A stretch of 64,000 bases of DNA from Clostridia bacterium (GTDB lineage Bacteria; Bacillota; Clostridia; UBA1212; DUPL01): the NCBI GenBank assembly GCA_050951325.1, contig JBMNIW010000008.1:312027-376026 (forward strand), written 5' to 3'. Below the pieces are notes generated by a model, which worked only from the letters and a program-made list of their open reading frames with translations, was not told where the DNA came from and searched no databases. This document shows, in pieces, positions 1-9,183 of the stretch (within the stretch, counting starts at the first letter, position 1; each line of letters begins with the position of its first letter). The translations under genes were made by a program, and so were the position numbers.

Positions 1-138
1 GGCAATTGCTCTGTTGCACTTTCCATTCAAGACAAGATATATCGGCAGTAGAGCATGATCTGTTCCTATGTCCGCCATGCACTCGCATTTTGGTATCATG
101 TTGGCTACCATTAATAGTCTTTTGTTTCTAAGTACCAT
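1..138 (-). CDS. trmK: tRNA (adenine22-N1)-methyltransferase TrmK family, 5' part (runs off window)
   Basis: Manual translation MVLRNKRLLMVANMIPKCECMADIGTDHALLPIYLV; the ADIGTDHA-LP motif is typical of TrmK; GGAGG RBS at 146-150. Confidence 0.85.
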   Translation of the reverse strand, partial: MVLRNKRLLMVANMIPKCECMADIGTDHALLPIYLVLNGKCNRAIA

Positions 139-294
139 CAATCAACCTCCAAATATACTAACAAAACATATTATATCTACTTTTCTCTCTTGAGTAAAGG
201 AATCACATTTATGGGACAAAGTCACACAAATAATATTGATACTCAAAAAAATGTGGTATACTTTTAGCTCAAACCATATATATGGGAGTAAGCT

Positions 295-1203
295 ATGAGG
301 AAAAGACAAGATCATTTATTTGCATACATATCAGCAACACTATACGCAGCAATAGTTAGCATGTCCTTTCTAACAGTAAAGATTGGCCTTGTGAGTGCCA
401 ATCCTTTTGAGTTGCTTGCCTACAGATTCACTATTGCATTCCTTGCAATTGTGCTAGCCCTTGCATTCAGAGTGGTCAAACTAAGAATAACCAAGGAGAA
501 GATACTAAAACTTGCTCCTCTTGCATTGTTTTACCCGGTATTCTACTTTTCCTTCCAAAGCTTTGGACTTACTTACACAACCAGTGTGGAAGCAGGAATC
601 ATGAATGCACTGATTCCTGTACTGACACTTATACTTGCTACTATTTTCCTAAAAGAAAAAACTACAGTTCTTCAGAAACTGTCAATAATACTTTCTGTAC
701 TAGGAGTTGTATACATAACCTTAATGAAAGGAAACAGCTCTTCCTCTCGCAATCTGGTAGGCATAATACTTCTTTTTGTCTCCTCAACATCCTTTTCAGC
801 TTACAGTGTGCTGGTCAAGAAGCGCTCAAAGGAGTTTTCGACCACTGACATAAGTTTTGTAGTGACCATATTGGGATTTGTATCCTTTAATCTGCTAAAC
901 TTTTGCAATCACTTGCTAAAAGGGACATTATCCAGCTATTTTGAACCTTTGAAAAACACAAGTTTTATATGGTCAATTCTTTATTTAGGAATACTCTCCA
1001 CCTTGTTCACTTCACTGCTTGCCAACTACTCACTGTCAAAAATTGAGGCTTCAAAGATGAATGTTTTTGTAAACCTGGCAACCGTATTGTCAATAGCAGC
1101 AGGCTCTGTTTTTCTGGATGAAAAAATATATTACTATCATATAATCGGTTCTGTTTTGATTGTTTTGGGGGTTTTGGGAACTAATTTTCTTGGAAAACGG
1201 TAG
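295..1203 (+). CDS. DMT/EamA family transporter
   Basis: 302 aa, ~10 hydrophobic segments, two EamA-like halves (LAYRF, FLKEK, FLDEK). Confidence 0.9.
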   Translation: MRKRQDHLFAYISATLYAAIVSMSFLTVKIGLVSANPFELLAYRFTIAFLAIVLALAFRVVKLRITKEKILKLAPLALFYPVFYFSFQSFGLTYTTSVEAGIMNALIPVLTLILATIFLKEKTTVLQKLSIILSVLGVVYITLMKGNSSSSRNLVGIILLFVSSTSFSAYSVLVKKRSKEFSTTDISFVVTILGFVSFNLLNFCNHLLKGTLSSYFEPLKNTSFIWSILYLGILSTLFTSLLANYSLSKIEASKMNVFVNLATVLSIAAGSVFLDEKIYYYHIIGSVLIVLGVLGTNFLGKR

Positions 1204-1232
1204 AAAAAAAGAGGCTGCAAACCAGCCTCCGC
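1204..1232. terminator. Hairpin between convergent genes (probable intrinsic terminator of gdh)
   Basis: GAGGCTG-caaac-CAGCCTC stem with an A-tract on the left (U-tract on the minus strand). Confidence 0.6.
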
Positions 1233-1243
1233 AATACTAAATA

Positions 1244-2530
1244 TTATACCCAGCCACGTTTCTTGACTGCTTCTGCAACTCTATTTATTGATATAACGTA
1301 TGCAGCGTCACGCATGTAAAGGTCCTGCTCCTTGTGCAGATCATATACTGCCTTGAATGCTGCTGTCATCTTTGTATCAAGTTTCTGCATAACTTCTTCC
1401 TTCTCCCAGAAATAGTTCATGTTGCACTGAACCTGTTCGAAGTAGCTGCAGGTAACTCCTCCTGCATTTGCCAAGAAGTCAGGAATTACAAAAATACCTC
1501 TCTCTTTTATAACCTCATCTGCTTCCGGTGTTGTAGGTCCGTTTGCAGCTTCAGCAAGCACCTTTACCTTCTCACTAATTTTATGAACGTTGTCTGCTTT
1601 GATTTGATTCTCAAGAGCAGCAGGAATAAGGATATCCACTTCCTGTTCAATCCATGCATCTCCAGGCAGAATCTCACAACCCATTTCTTTGGCCTTGTCT
1701 TTGTCAACTGTACCAAAGGAATCTGTGATGCTGCGCAACTTTTCTATGTCAAGTCCGTCTGCATTCTTGAATGTATATGCAGTCTTGTCATTATTGTCCC
1801 AACAGGATATTGCGATTACCTTGCCACCCAACTGTGTATACAGCAAAGCTGCATACTGTGCAACATTGCCAAAACCTTGTATGCTTGCAGTGGTTTTTGT
1901 AATATCAATATCGAGAGCTTTCAAAGCTTCTCTGAGTACAAATACAACACCAAATCCTGTTGCTTCTGTTCTTCCCAATGAACCACCCATTCCAACAGGC
2001 TTTCCGGTAATGACGCCGGGATATCTGCCGCCTACAATTGTCTCATATTCATCCAACATCCAAAGCATGTGCTTTGCATTTGTCATAACATCAGGTGCAG
2101 GTACATCTATGTTAGGTCCAATATTCTTTGCCAACTGCCTTATATATCCGCGACAAAGCTGTTCCTGCTCACGTTCAGACATTGTTCTGGGATCGCATAT
2201 GACGCCGCCTTTTCCTCCGCCCAGCGGGATGTCAACAACAGCACATTTCCAGGTCATCCACATGGACAATGCCCTAATGGTATCAACAGTCTCATTTGGA
2301 TGGAAACGTATACCTCCCTTTGCAGGTCCTCTGGCATCGTTGTGTTGAATTCTAAAAGCCTTGAATACTTTTGTACTGCCATCATCCATTTTTACTGGTA
2401 TGGTAAAATGATATTCTCTAATTGGCTGACGCAACAGTTCGCAAGTCGCTTCATCGAGCCCTATTTTATCTGCCACACTATTAAACTGCGCCTGCGCATG
2501 TTCATATGCGTTGTAGTTTTCTTTGCTCAT
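1244..2530 (-). CDS. gdhA: Glu/Leu/Phe/Val dehydrogenase (glutamate dehydrogenase)
   Basis: GPAKGGIRFHP, GGGKGG, DVPAPD, GFGNVA, EAANGP motifs; start set at MSKENY (2530). Confidence 0.95.
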   Translation of the reverse strand: MSKENYNAYEHAQAQFNSVADKIGLDEATCELLRQPIREYHFTIPVKMDDGSTKVFKAFRIQHNDARGPAKGGIRFHPNETVDTIRALSMWMTWKCAVVDIPLGGGKGGVICDPRTMSEREQEQLCRGYIRQLAKNIGPNIDVPAPDVMTNAKHMLWMLDEYETIVGGRYPGVITGKPVGMGGSLGRTEATGFGVVFVLREALKALDIDITKTTASIQGFGNVAQYAALLYTQLGGKVIAISCWDNNDKTAYTFKNADGLDIEKLRSITDSFGTVDKDKAKEMGCEILPGDAWIEQEVDILIPAALENQIKADNVHKISEKVKVLAEAANGPTTPEADEVIKERGIFVIPDFLANAGGVTCSYFEQVQCNMNYFWEKEEVMQKLDTKMTAAFKAVYDLHKEQDLYMRDAAYVISINRVAEAVKKRGWV

Positions 2531-2778
2531 TCGAGTGTTCCCCCTATAGTTGTTTTTTCGTATGCAATTATACAATCATACGGATGGCATGTCAACGAAT
2601 TTACTATGATAAATCGTTAAAAGATAACTCGCTGCTCAAACCTTCTGGCAGTTTCATCACTGTCCAGCAAATAATATTTTACCAACCATATACTCGCCAT
2701 ATACGTCTTGCTTGAAATTTGCAAAGGTTAGCGCTACATCAACCATAAAAGTACAGAAATCTGCAAAGAAGTATTGGA

Positions 2779-2798
2779 AGCGGGCATGCATGCCCGCT
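2779..2798. terminator. Palindromic hairpin just downstream of the ECF gene
   Basis: AGCGGGCATGCATGCCCGCT perfect palindrome; U-tract is weak. Confidence 0.4.
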
Positions 2799-2802
2799 CA
2801 TA

Positions 2803-5800
2803 TCAGCTCTTTTCCATCAGTTTTCTGGCATGTTCCATAAATTCCTTAAATCGCTCCTCATTGCGCACACTATCGAACCACTCCCAGCCGCGGGTTACAG
2901 TCATGCTATAATACATAAAACCACTGTTATCCTGGAAACACCAATCATACTGCAATAGCTCCGTTGTTCCATCAGGCAGCTCAATTATACCACTGCCCTT
3001 GATGACCTTGACTCCACCAAATATTAGTTTGCTGCCTACTTCAAGTGGTGTGCCATCAGGTATCTCAGTCCATTTCGCGTATAGTTCTAAGGCGCGTTCA
3101 AGATAATTGTATCCTTCATCTCTTTGACCACAACCAAACAAAGCACAAGCAGCTCTAAAGCAGCAGCTTGCATACAACCCAAGCCAGGCACGGGGTACAC
3201 CTTTTCCTTCTCCCAAAAATTCACACATGCCCATACTATACTTGAACCATGCAACAGCACGCTCCGCATTACCACGATTGCGTTTTGGCCGTTCCAACAT
3301 ATGAAGAACAAGCTGTAGTTTATTTACAGATTCGCGCAAACGGCTTTCTTCATATTTTCCCTGACGCCACAGATCCTCCTCAATCACTTCTCCATATATT
3401 GAGCTGTACTGAGTCACAATTTCAGGTTTCTTCCTTATACCACAACGATCTTCGAATATAACGATGTTTCCATCCTCATCCACCACATATGTGTACTCCG
3501 CACTGCCTATATAGCCATCAGTAAGGTTTTGCGCTTCATATTTACGCATCATACCGTCACCAACAGGCATAAAGCCTTTTCCCACACCTTCATAAGCTGT
3601 AAGCTCATAAACTGTCTTTGCAAGTTCTTTGCCGGGATGATAGTTTACAGTACGTATAATTCCTACTCCCGGAGCAAAATAGTATTCTTTCCTGCCTCCT
3701 CGATATGTAAGACCTGTGTCAAACCCTTTTATATCAAGCGATAACTTGATGCAGTCATTGAAGGTGCCGGCTTTGGTAGCAATTTCTCCTGCTTTTTCAG
3801 AAACAATTGTTGTTTTAATATAATAACTGTTCCATAGCAAGAATTCCTCCACATATTCCCCTTCTTCTACCCATTCATCACACCAGATGCAGTTCGTGCC
3901 ATTTTGCAAAATATCGTAAATGTCATTAAAAAGGAGTGCTTCTTCAGAAACATTACCCCACCTGACATTCTTCCATTCAAAAGACCACCGATAATTATCC
4001 ATATACTCCAGCCTGCTGCCTTTCCCAAGAGCATACCCTTTCCTAAAAAAGTTCCAATGCCCAGTATGCATATAATCAGGATTGAAGGAAGGATCTGTTG
4101 CAAGAATCCTCTCCACAACAGAGCATGCAGCCTTTGTATGGGCCCTTTGCATTGGTGTTTGAGCAAGTATTCTTGCCCTTTCCACGGCATGGGATACGTC
4201 ATGCAATGTATATTTGCCATCCTTGTAGCTGCAGTATTCATTGCGTATATGTTGAATCATGTCAATCCAGGAATTATCATCATAACCAAGTCTCTCAATC
4301 TCACAGTTCTGTGTAAGCAAAACTTTTTTGTCGTCAGCATGACTCATAACGAACCTGGAAGAATGAAGAATAAACTTTGGGTTGTTGTCTGAAACATATT
4401 CCCAGGAGTTGCCTGTATGGCTTGGCAAGATTCCTTTTCCTCCTACTATGTCATACGACTTTAGAAGTCTTGTTTCTTTGACACCATCACATTGCCTTAC
4501 GTGTTTGACAATACCCACATCCTGTTTGTAGTATGTGTAATATGTAGCTTCTTTGTGCTTGGTAATCCAAAGCTGGCAGCTTTCGAATGTACCACAAGGA
4601 GTTTCAACCTCTGCCGAATCCTCTGCATACGCAAGAGTCGTACCGTCGGAGCCTGTGTAGGTATCACCTACTCTCAGACCTTCAATGATAAAATTGCCAT
4701 CGCAGAGGGATGCGTTTCTAAAGATAAAATCAATCTCAAGATCAAAAGAGATAAGGTGTCCATTCGAATACCACTCCTGGTTCCAGCGGCACAGCTTTCC
4801 ATTTATTAACCGGTATTCCTCAGCTGCACATCTTAATCTGTATTTGTCCTCATCCTTATCAGCGTACTCCTTCAAATGTTTCCTTTCCATCTTCGTTGCT
4901 GCAATTGCATATGCATAATACAAGTCGGAGGGTTTTATGATTGACAGCACTTTTTCAAACGCTTCAAAACCTTTCTCAGTCTCTTTATTCTCAAAGTATG
5001 CTTTCCCAAGCCAGAACCACTCATGTGCAAGGCTTTTCACAAATCCCAGTTTCTCAAGTCTGGGAATCTGCTTGTCACGAATAAATTCATGTCTTACCCC
5101 GTAGGATACTTTTAAATCCTCCCTGCTGACCACAAACTGCATAACTTCATCGTTCCTGCCTTTTTCAGCGGCTTCCACAATCCTGGCAAACAAAGCGTCG
5201 TTCTTGTCACCGGGAAGCCACCACCATCCACGCATCAAGACATCCGCCAATGCATGATACTTGTCAATAGATTCAGGAAGTTCTTCCACATCTTTTAGTA
5301 CATCATTGTATACAACCTCAAATCCGTCTTTACTATTCATAAGTTGCCATAGTTTCATTTCCTCAACCTTTTTCATAACCTTCTTAACAAAAGTGTCCCT
5401 GATTTCCTCATTCATGGAGCTCAATCCTTTCCTTATTCTTTTTCTGCCATCATGGAGCTGCCACTTTACTGTCCCTGGGGAAATTCTCATTCTGTCTGCA
5501 ATCTCCGCAACAGACAAGTCCTTCAAAGTAGTGAAGATAAATAATATCCCTTACTTTTTCAGGCAGCTTGCTGATGCCATTATGAAGTTTTTCCTTCTCT
5601 TCGGATTTTGCATAAAGATAATGAGGATCCTCATAATATTCATCTTTTAGATTGAAACCATCGACTTCCTCCAGACTGAGGAAACTGCGGTACCTTGTAA
5701 CCATGTTTTTTGCACAATTCTTTGCAATGCGGCAAACCCACGCCCTAAACTTGGCAGGCTCCCGCAATACATTTAACTTCATCCATGCAGTTACAAATGC

Positions 5801-5971
5801 GTCTTGAGCAGCATCCTCGGCCATGAACTGATTATGTGTGACAGAGCTTGCGGAAGCTATTACCACTTTTTCATAGCGTGCAACAAGAACTTCATAAGCT
5901 CTTTGCTCTCCTGCAAGCGTCAGCATAACCAGTGTTTCGTCGTTTTGATCATAATATAGCAAATGCATCAT
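2803..5971 (-). CDS. ECF (sigma-70 group 4) sigma factor with very long C-terminal extension; split by a +1 frameshift near 5518
   Basis: ORF 5450-5971 encodes sigma2 (AEDAAQDAFVTAW..F..WVCRIAKN) and the start of sigma4 (LPEKVRDIIYLHYFEG). ORF 2803-5526 continues LSVAEIADRMRISPGTVKWQLHDGRKRIR. Removing one base in GGA-C-TTG-TCT joins them into ~1,055 aa. Confidence 0.88.
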
Positions 5972-6018
5972 CCTTTACATTAACATCTTTTCAAAAAGTT
6001 TTTTCTAGCGCTACCCTA

Positions 6019-6046
6019 TAGACACATATAAGAGGAAAAAGGTTGG
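6019..6046 (-). promoter_or_regulatory. Candidate ECF-type autoregulatory promoter
   Basis: Minus strand CCAACC-tttttcctcttatatg-TGTCTA, ~50 nt upstream of the sigma start; matches the AAC..(C/T)GTC architecture of ECF promoters. Confidence 0.45.
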
Positions 6047-6052
6047 GTTTTC

Positions 6053-6805
6053 CTAAATTTTTATCTGGTGTTTATATATCACAATGGTAATATCATCGTA
6101 CTGAACCTTGTTTCTTTCACTGATCGACCTGTCTTTTGCAAGGTTGACAATATATTTCACACTCTCCTCCAGATTATCCGAATTGACAATCTCCATTAAT
6201 TCTTCAGGCTTGACATAATCACTTACACCATCCGAGCACATAACAACAATGTCCCCATCCTTCATTTCGATTTCTTCTACTGCATAGGCAGGAACAACCA
6301 TGGGAATAAAGATATCAAATAAAGACCACATGCAATCAGGCAATCTCCCAATATACTCTTCGATTTGCTCTTCAGTAAGCAAGCCAAAATCCACAATAGT
6401 CTTGTACCTCTTTACCGGCTTTGCCACCCTTTTAACAGTGTTTTCATGTATTATGTATGCCGGTGAGTCGCCAATGGCTGCAATAGTTGCCACATTGTTG
6501 TCAATCACACAAATATCAAGAGTACCAAAGGTTAGGGTTTTACTTTTTTGTGATATATATATCAGTTCATTGTTTATTCTCCACACCATATTTTCTATAT
6601 ACTCTTTTGCAGACAGGTTGGATAAGCAAAAAGGACTATCTTTTATATTCCTTACACAACATTCGGACATTACGACTTTGCCCCTTTTCCCTGCCCCTGA
6701 TGCACCATCAGACAATACCAGTGTTGTTTTGTCTGGGGATATATAAAACATATCGCCATTAATGCCACTGGTACCTACAAGACTTTCACCATAACATATT
6801 GGCAT
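6053..6805 (-). CDS. PP2C/PPM family Ser/Thr phosphatase-like protein
   Basis: LVLSDGASG, IGDSPAY, MCSDGVSD, YDDITIV motifs. Confidence 0.88.
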   Translation of the reverse strand: MPICYGESLVGTSGINGDMFYISPDKTTLVLSDGASGAGKRGKVVMSECCVRNIKDSPFCLSNLSAKEYIENMVWRINNELIYISQKSKTLTFGTLDICVIDNNVATIAAIGDSPAYIIHENTVKRVAKPVKRYKTIVDFGLLTEEQIEEYIGRLPDCMWSLFDIFIPMVVPAYAVEEIEMKDGDIVVMCSDGVSDYVKPEELMEIVNSDNLEESVKYIVNLAKDRSISERNKVQYDDITIVIYKHQIKI

Positions 6806-6889
6806 CTAACCACATCCTGCTTCAACCAACATTGTTATCATTATGGCAGATACCTTGTCAGAAAACAACAAAAAAAGCGGACCTTTGCC

Positions 6890-8263
6890 AAATGTCATTA
6901 ACTTAAGAGATCGCAATACATGTTTTGTTGCGATCTCTTAGTTTATTTCAAATCTTAAATTAACTGGCACGGTATTTTATTGATCCTTCTAATACACTTT
7001 ATCTTTGTCTTGTTACAGATTTAAAAAATGACATAAAAAAGTTAAGTTATAGTTTATAACAATAACTCTTGCTATGTAAATATTAGGAATATGGAAAACT
7101 AGGAGTTTCTTTTAATATTATTAAGAACCTCTTGCTTTTTGCATTTTTGTGTCTGTTGAAAGAACGCCCTTTTCTTACAGGTATAAGTTCTGATTGTATT
7201 TCTTTTATGACTTTCTCGAATAAGATTCTGCGTTCAACATCACTATCAGTTGCTACAAATCCTATTAGTTCATCCCTCATTACTCCGATTGCGAAGTTTT
7301 TATTTATAGTCATAACATGTTTGTATTTGTTAAGTTTTCCCTCACGCTTTAACGATTCTTCGGCATCTCGAATAACATCTTGGATAATGTTACACAGATA
7401 TACTGTTGCATATATATCTTGTTCTATAAGTAACGGCTTTGTTCCTGTAAAGTTTTCGATTTCTAATTTGTTTTTTAAGGTATCATATACTGTTTCTATT
7501 GCCCATCGCATAAAATACAAGTCCGAAATTTCTTTGGTATTGAACTCTTCTTGGCTTAAATTAGTAGCAAGATACTCAGTTTCACCGGAAGATAAATGCA
7601 TGCGTACAAATCTTACAAACATAGAACCAACAGTACGTAGTTTCTCTGCAAACTCTGTATTTCGATAAGGGTTAATACGGGTCTGATCAAATTTTATCTC
7701 AATAATTTCATCATCGGAAGTCATAGACGATTGCTCTCTTTTGAACTGCGAAGAGCTTAACCTCATGAGAAATTTTTGTCCCTTCTCGAATCGATTAAGC
7801 ATATTTTCAATTGAAGGATAACCTCTATCAAACAAAACGATAAAGGCTTTGTCTTCAATAATTTCAGCAATGTTATCAATATTCTTCTCGGCAACAGCTC
7901 GTTCGTCAAAATTATTCCTGTTAATAGATATATCTAAAATAAATTCATTACACACATCGTATATACAAGAAAGACCAATCTGTGCAGTAGGCTTTGCAGA
8001 TGGCACCGAGGAGTTACCATATAATTCTAGAGTATCTTTATTACATACTCCAAGTCTTTTTCAAATCTAATCTTAGATAATAATTTTAACATCTTATACT
8101 CCCCATTTCTAGCAAAATCGAGAGTATTAAATAATATTTATTTAACAACTATGTATTATTTTATAATATTTGTTTTAAAATGTAAAACTGAAAATGTAAT
8201 AAAAAGACCCTAACCGAATAAGTTAGGGTTCTTTAAAACGAGTTTCTTAAGTTAATGACATTG
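6890..8263 (-). mobile_element. IS4-family insertion sequence, internally deleted (1,374 bp)
   Basis: 19-bp TIRs (A/C)AATGTCATTAACTTAAGA at 6890-6908 and 8245-8263; 10-bp target duplication GACCTTTGCC at 6880-6889 and 8264-8273. Confidence 0.92.
7083..8092 (-). pseudogene. IS4-family DDE transposase, N-terminal region deleted and frameshifted
   Basis: FDRGY, LATNL and Y..RW.IE..Y..LK (YREK) motifs are present. The start MLKLLSKIRF at 8092 is out of frame with the remainder and the first catalytic D(G) motif is absent. Confidence 0.85.
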
Positions 8264-8300
8264 GACCTTTGCCCGCCTTTAAGTTCATCGAATAGTATAA

Positions 8301-9014
8301 CTAAACCGCTGCTGCTCCTCCATCGATTGAAATAACAGCCCCGTGGATGTAGGAGGATTCTTCACCAAGCAGGAAGCATACGACATTAGCTACTTCATGA
8401 GGCAGGCCCAATCTTCCCATTGGAACAGCCTCTGCCATGGCATCAATAGCTTCTTGAGGATACGCTTTGACCATAGGGGTTTCATTGGTTCCTGGAGCTA
8501 TTGCATTTATCCTTATATTATCCCTTCCATACTCTGCAGCGATTGCTTTTGTCAATCCAACTACTGCATGTTTTGTAGCTGAATATACGCCAAGGGTTGG
8601 TATTGCAACCACACCGCCCAATGATGCGGTATTTACAATTACACCACCACCGGTCTTAAGCATTTCGCTTATAACAAACTTAAGCCCATAGAATACACCT
8701 TTGAAGTTTACATCAACTATTGAGTTAAACTCCTCTATCGAGCAATCTATTGTTCTAACTCCAGAACCGGAAACTCCTGCATTGTTGAAGAACAAGTCAA
8801 TCTTTCCAAAGCGCTCGATTGTTTCATCAACATATCTTTTAACATCTTCAACCTTGCCAACATCCGCTTGTACAAATATGGCATCGCCGCCTTGCTCTTT
8901 ACAAAGACGTACAGTCTCCTCTCCATGCTCTTTGGATATGTCAACTATTGTAAGGTTAACACCTTTTTAGCCAGCATCAATCCTACTTCTCTTCCAAATC
9001 CACTACCTCCACCT
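8301..9014 (-). pseudogene. SDR family oxidoreductase, 5'-truncated by IS605 and frameshifted
   Basis: GGGSGFG glycine loop starts directly at the IS end; -1 shift in the A5 run at 8964-8968; NNAG, YSATK and DGG motifs downstream. Confidence 0.88.
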
Positions 9015-9183
9015 CTGAAACTCTGCGTGGCTAAAGCCAGCAGGTTCTAACGTACTTTCCAACTTCTGCACTAACCCGAAAGTATAGTGCCACTAATTGG
9101 TTTCCGTTAGACTTTTACCACCAATTGTTCCTACGAACAAATTAACGGTAGTTTAGGCTCGTTTCAAAACCCATTATATAAAC
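9015..9183 (-). ncRNA. Predicted TnpB omega-RNA (reRNA) scaffold; guide would extend into 8995-9014
   Basis: 169 nt between the tnpB stop and the RE, with several stems (TGTTC/GAACA, TCTAACG/CGTTAGA, GCACTA/TAGTGC, RE hairpin). Position matches known omega-RNAs; the 5' boundary is uncertain. Confidence 0.7.

Noticed and set aside
1334-2620. Long antisense or overlapping ORFs in the ORF track (e.g. 1334-1981, 1689-2348, 33101-33625, 44419-44916)
   Set aside because: Shadow ORFs opposite well-supported genes, with no RBS or motifs.
2576-2778. Riboswitch or small gene upstream of gdhA
   Set aside because: No recognisable aptamer or terminator; only short ORFs without a convincing RBS.
9015-9183. 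CRISPR array beside a Cas12-like gene
   Set aside because: No direct repeats with spacers here or anywhere else I could see in the window; the region is explained as omega-RNA/RE.
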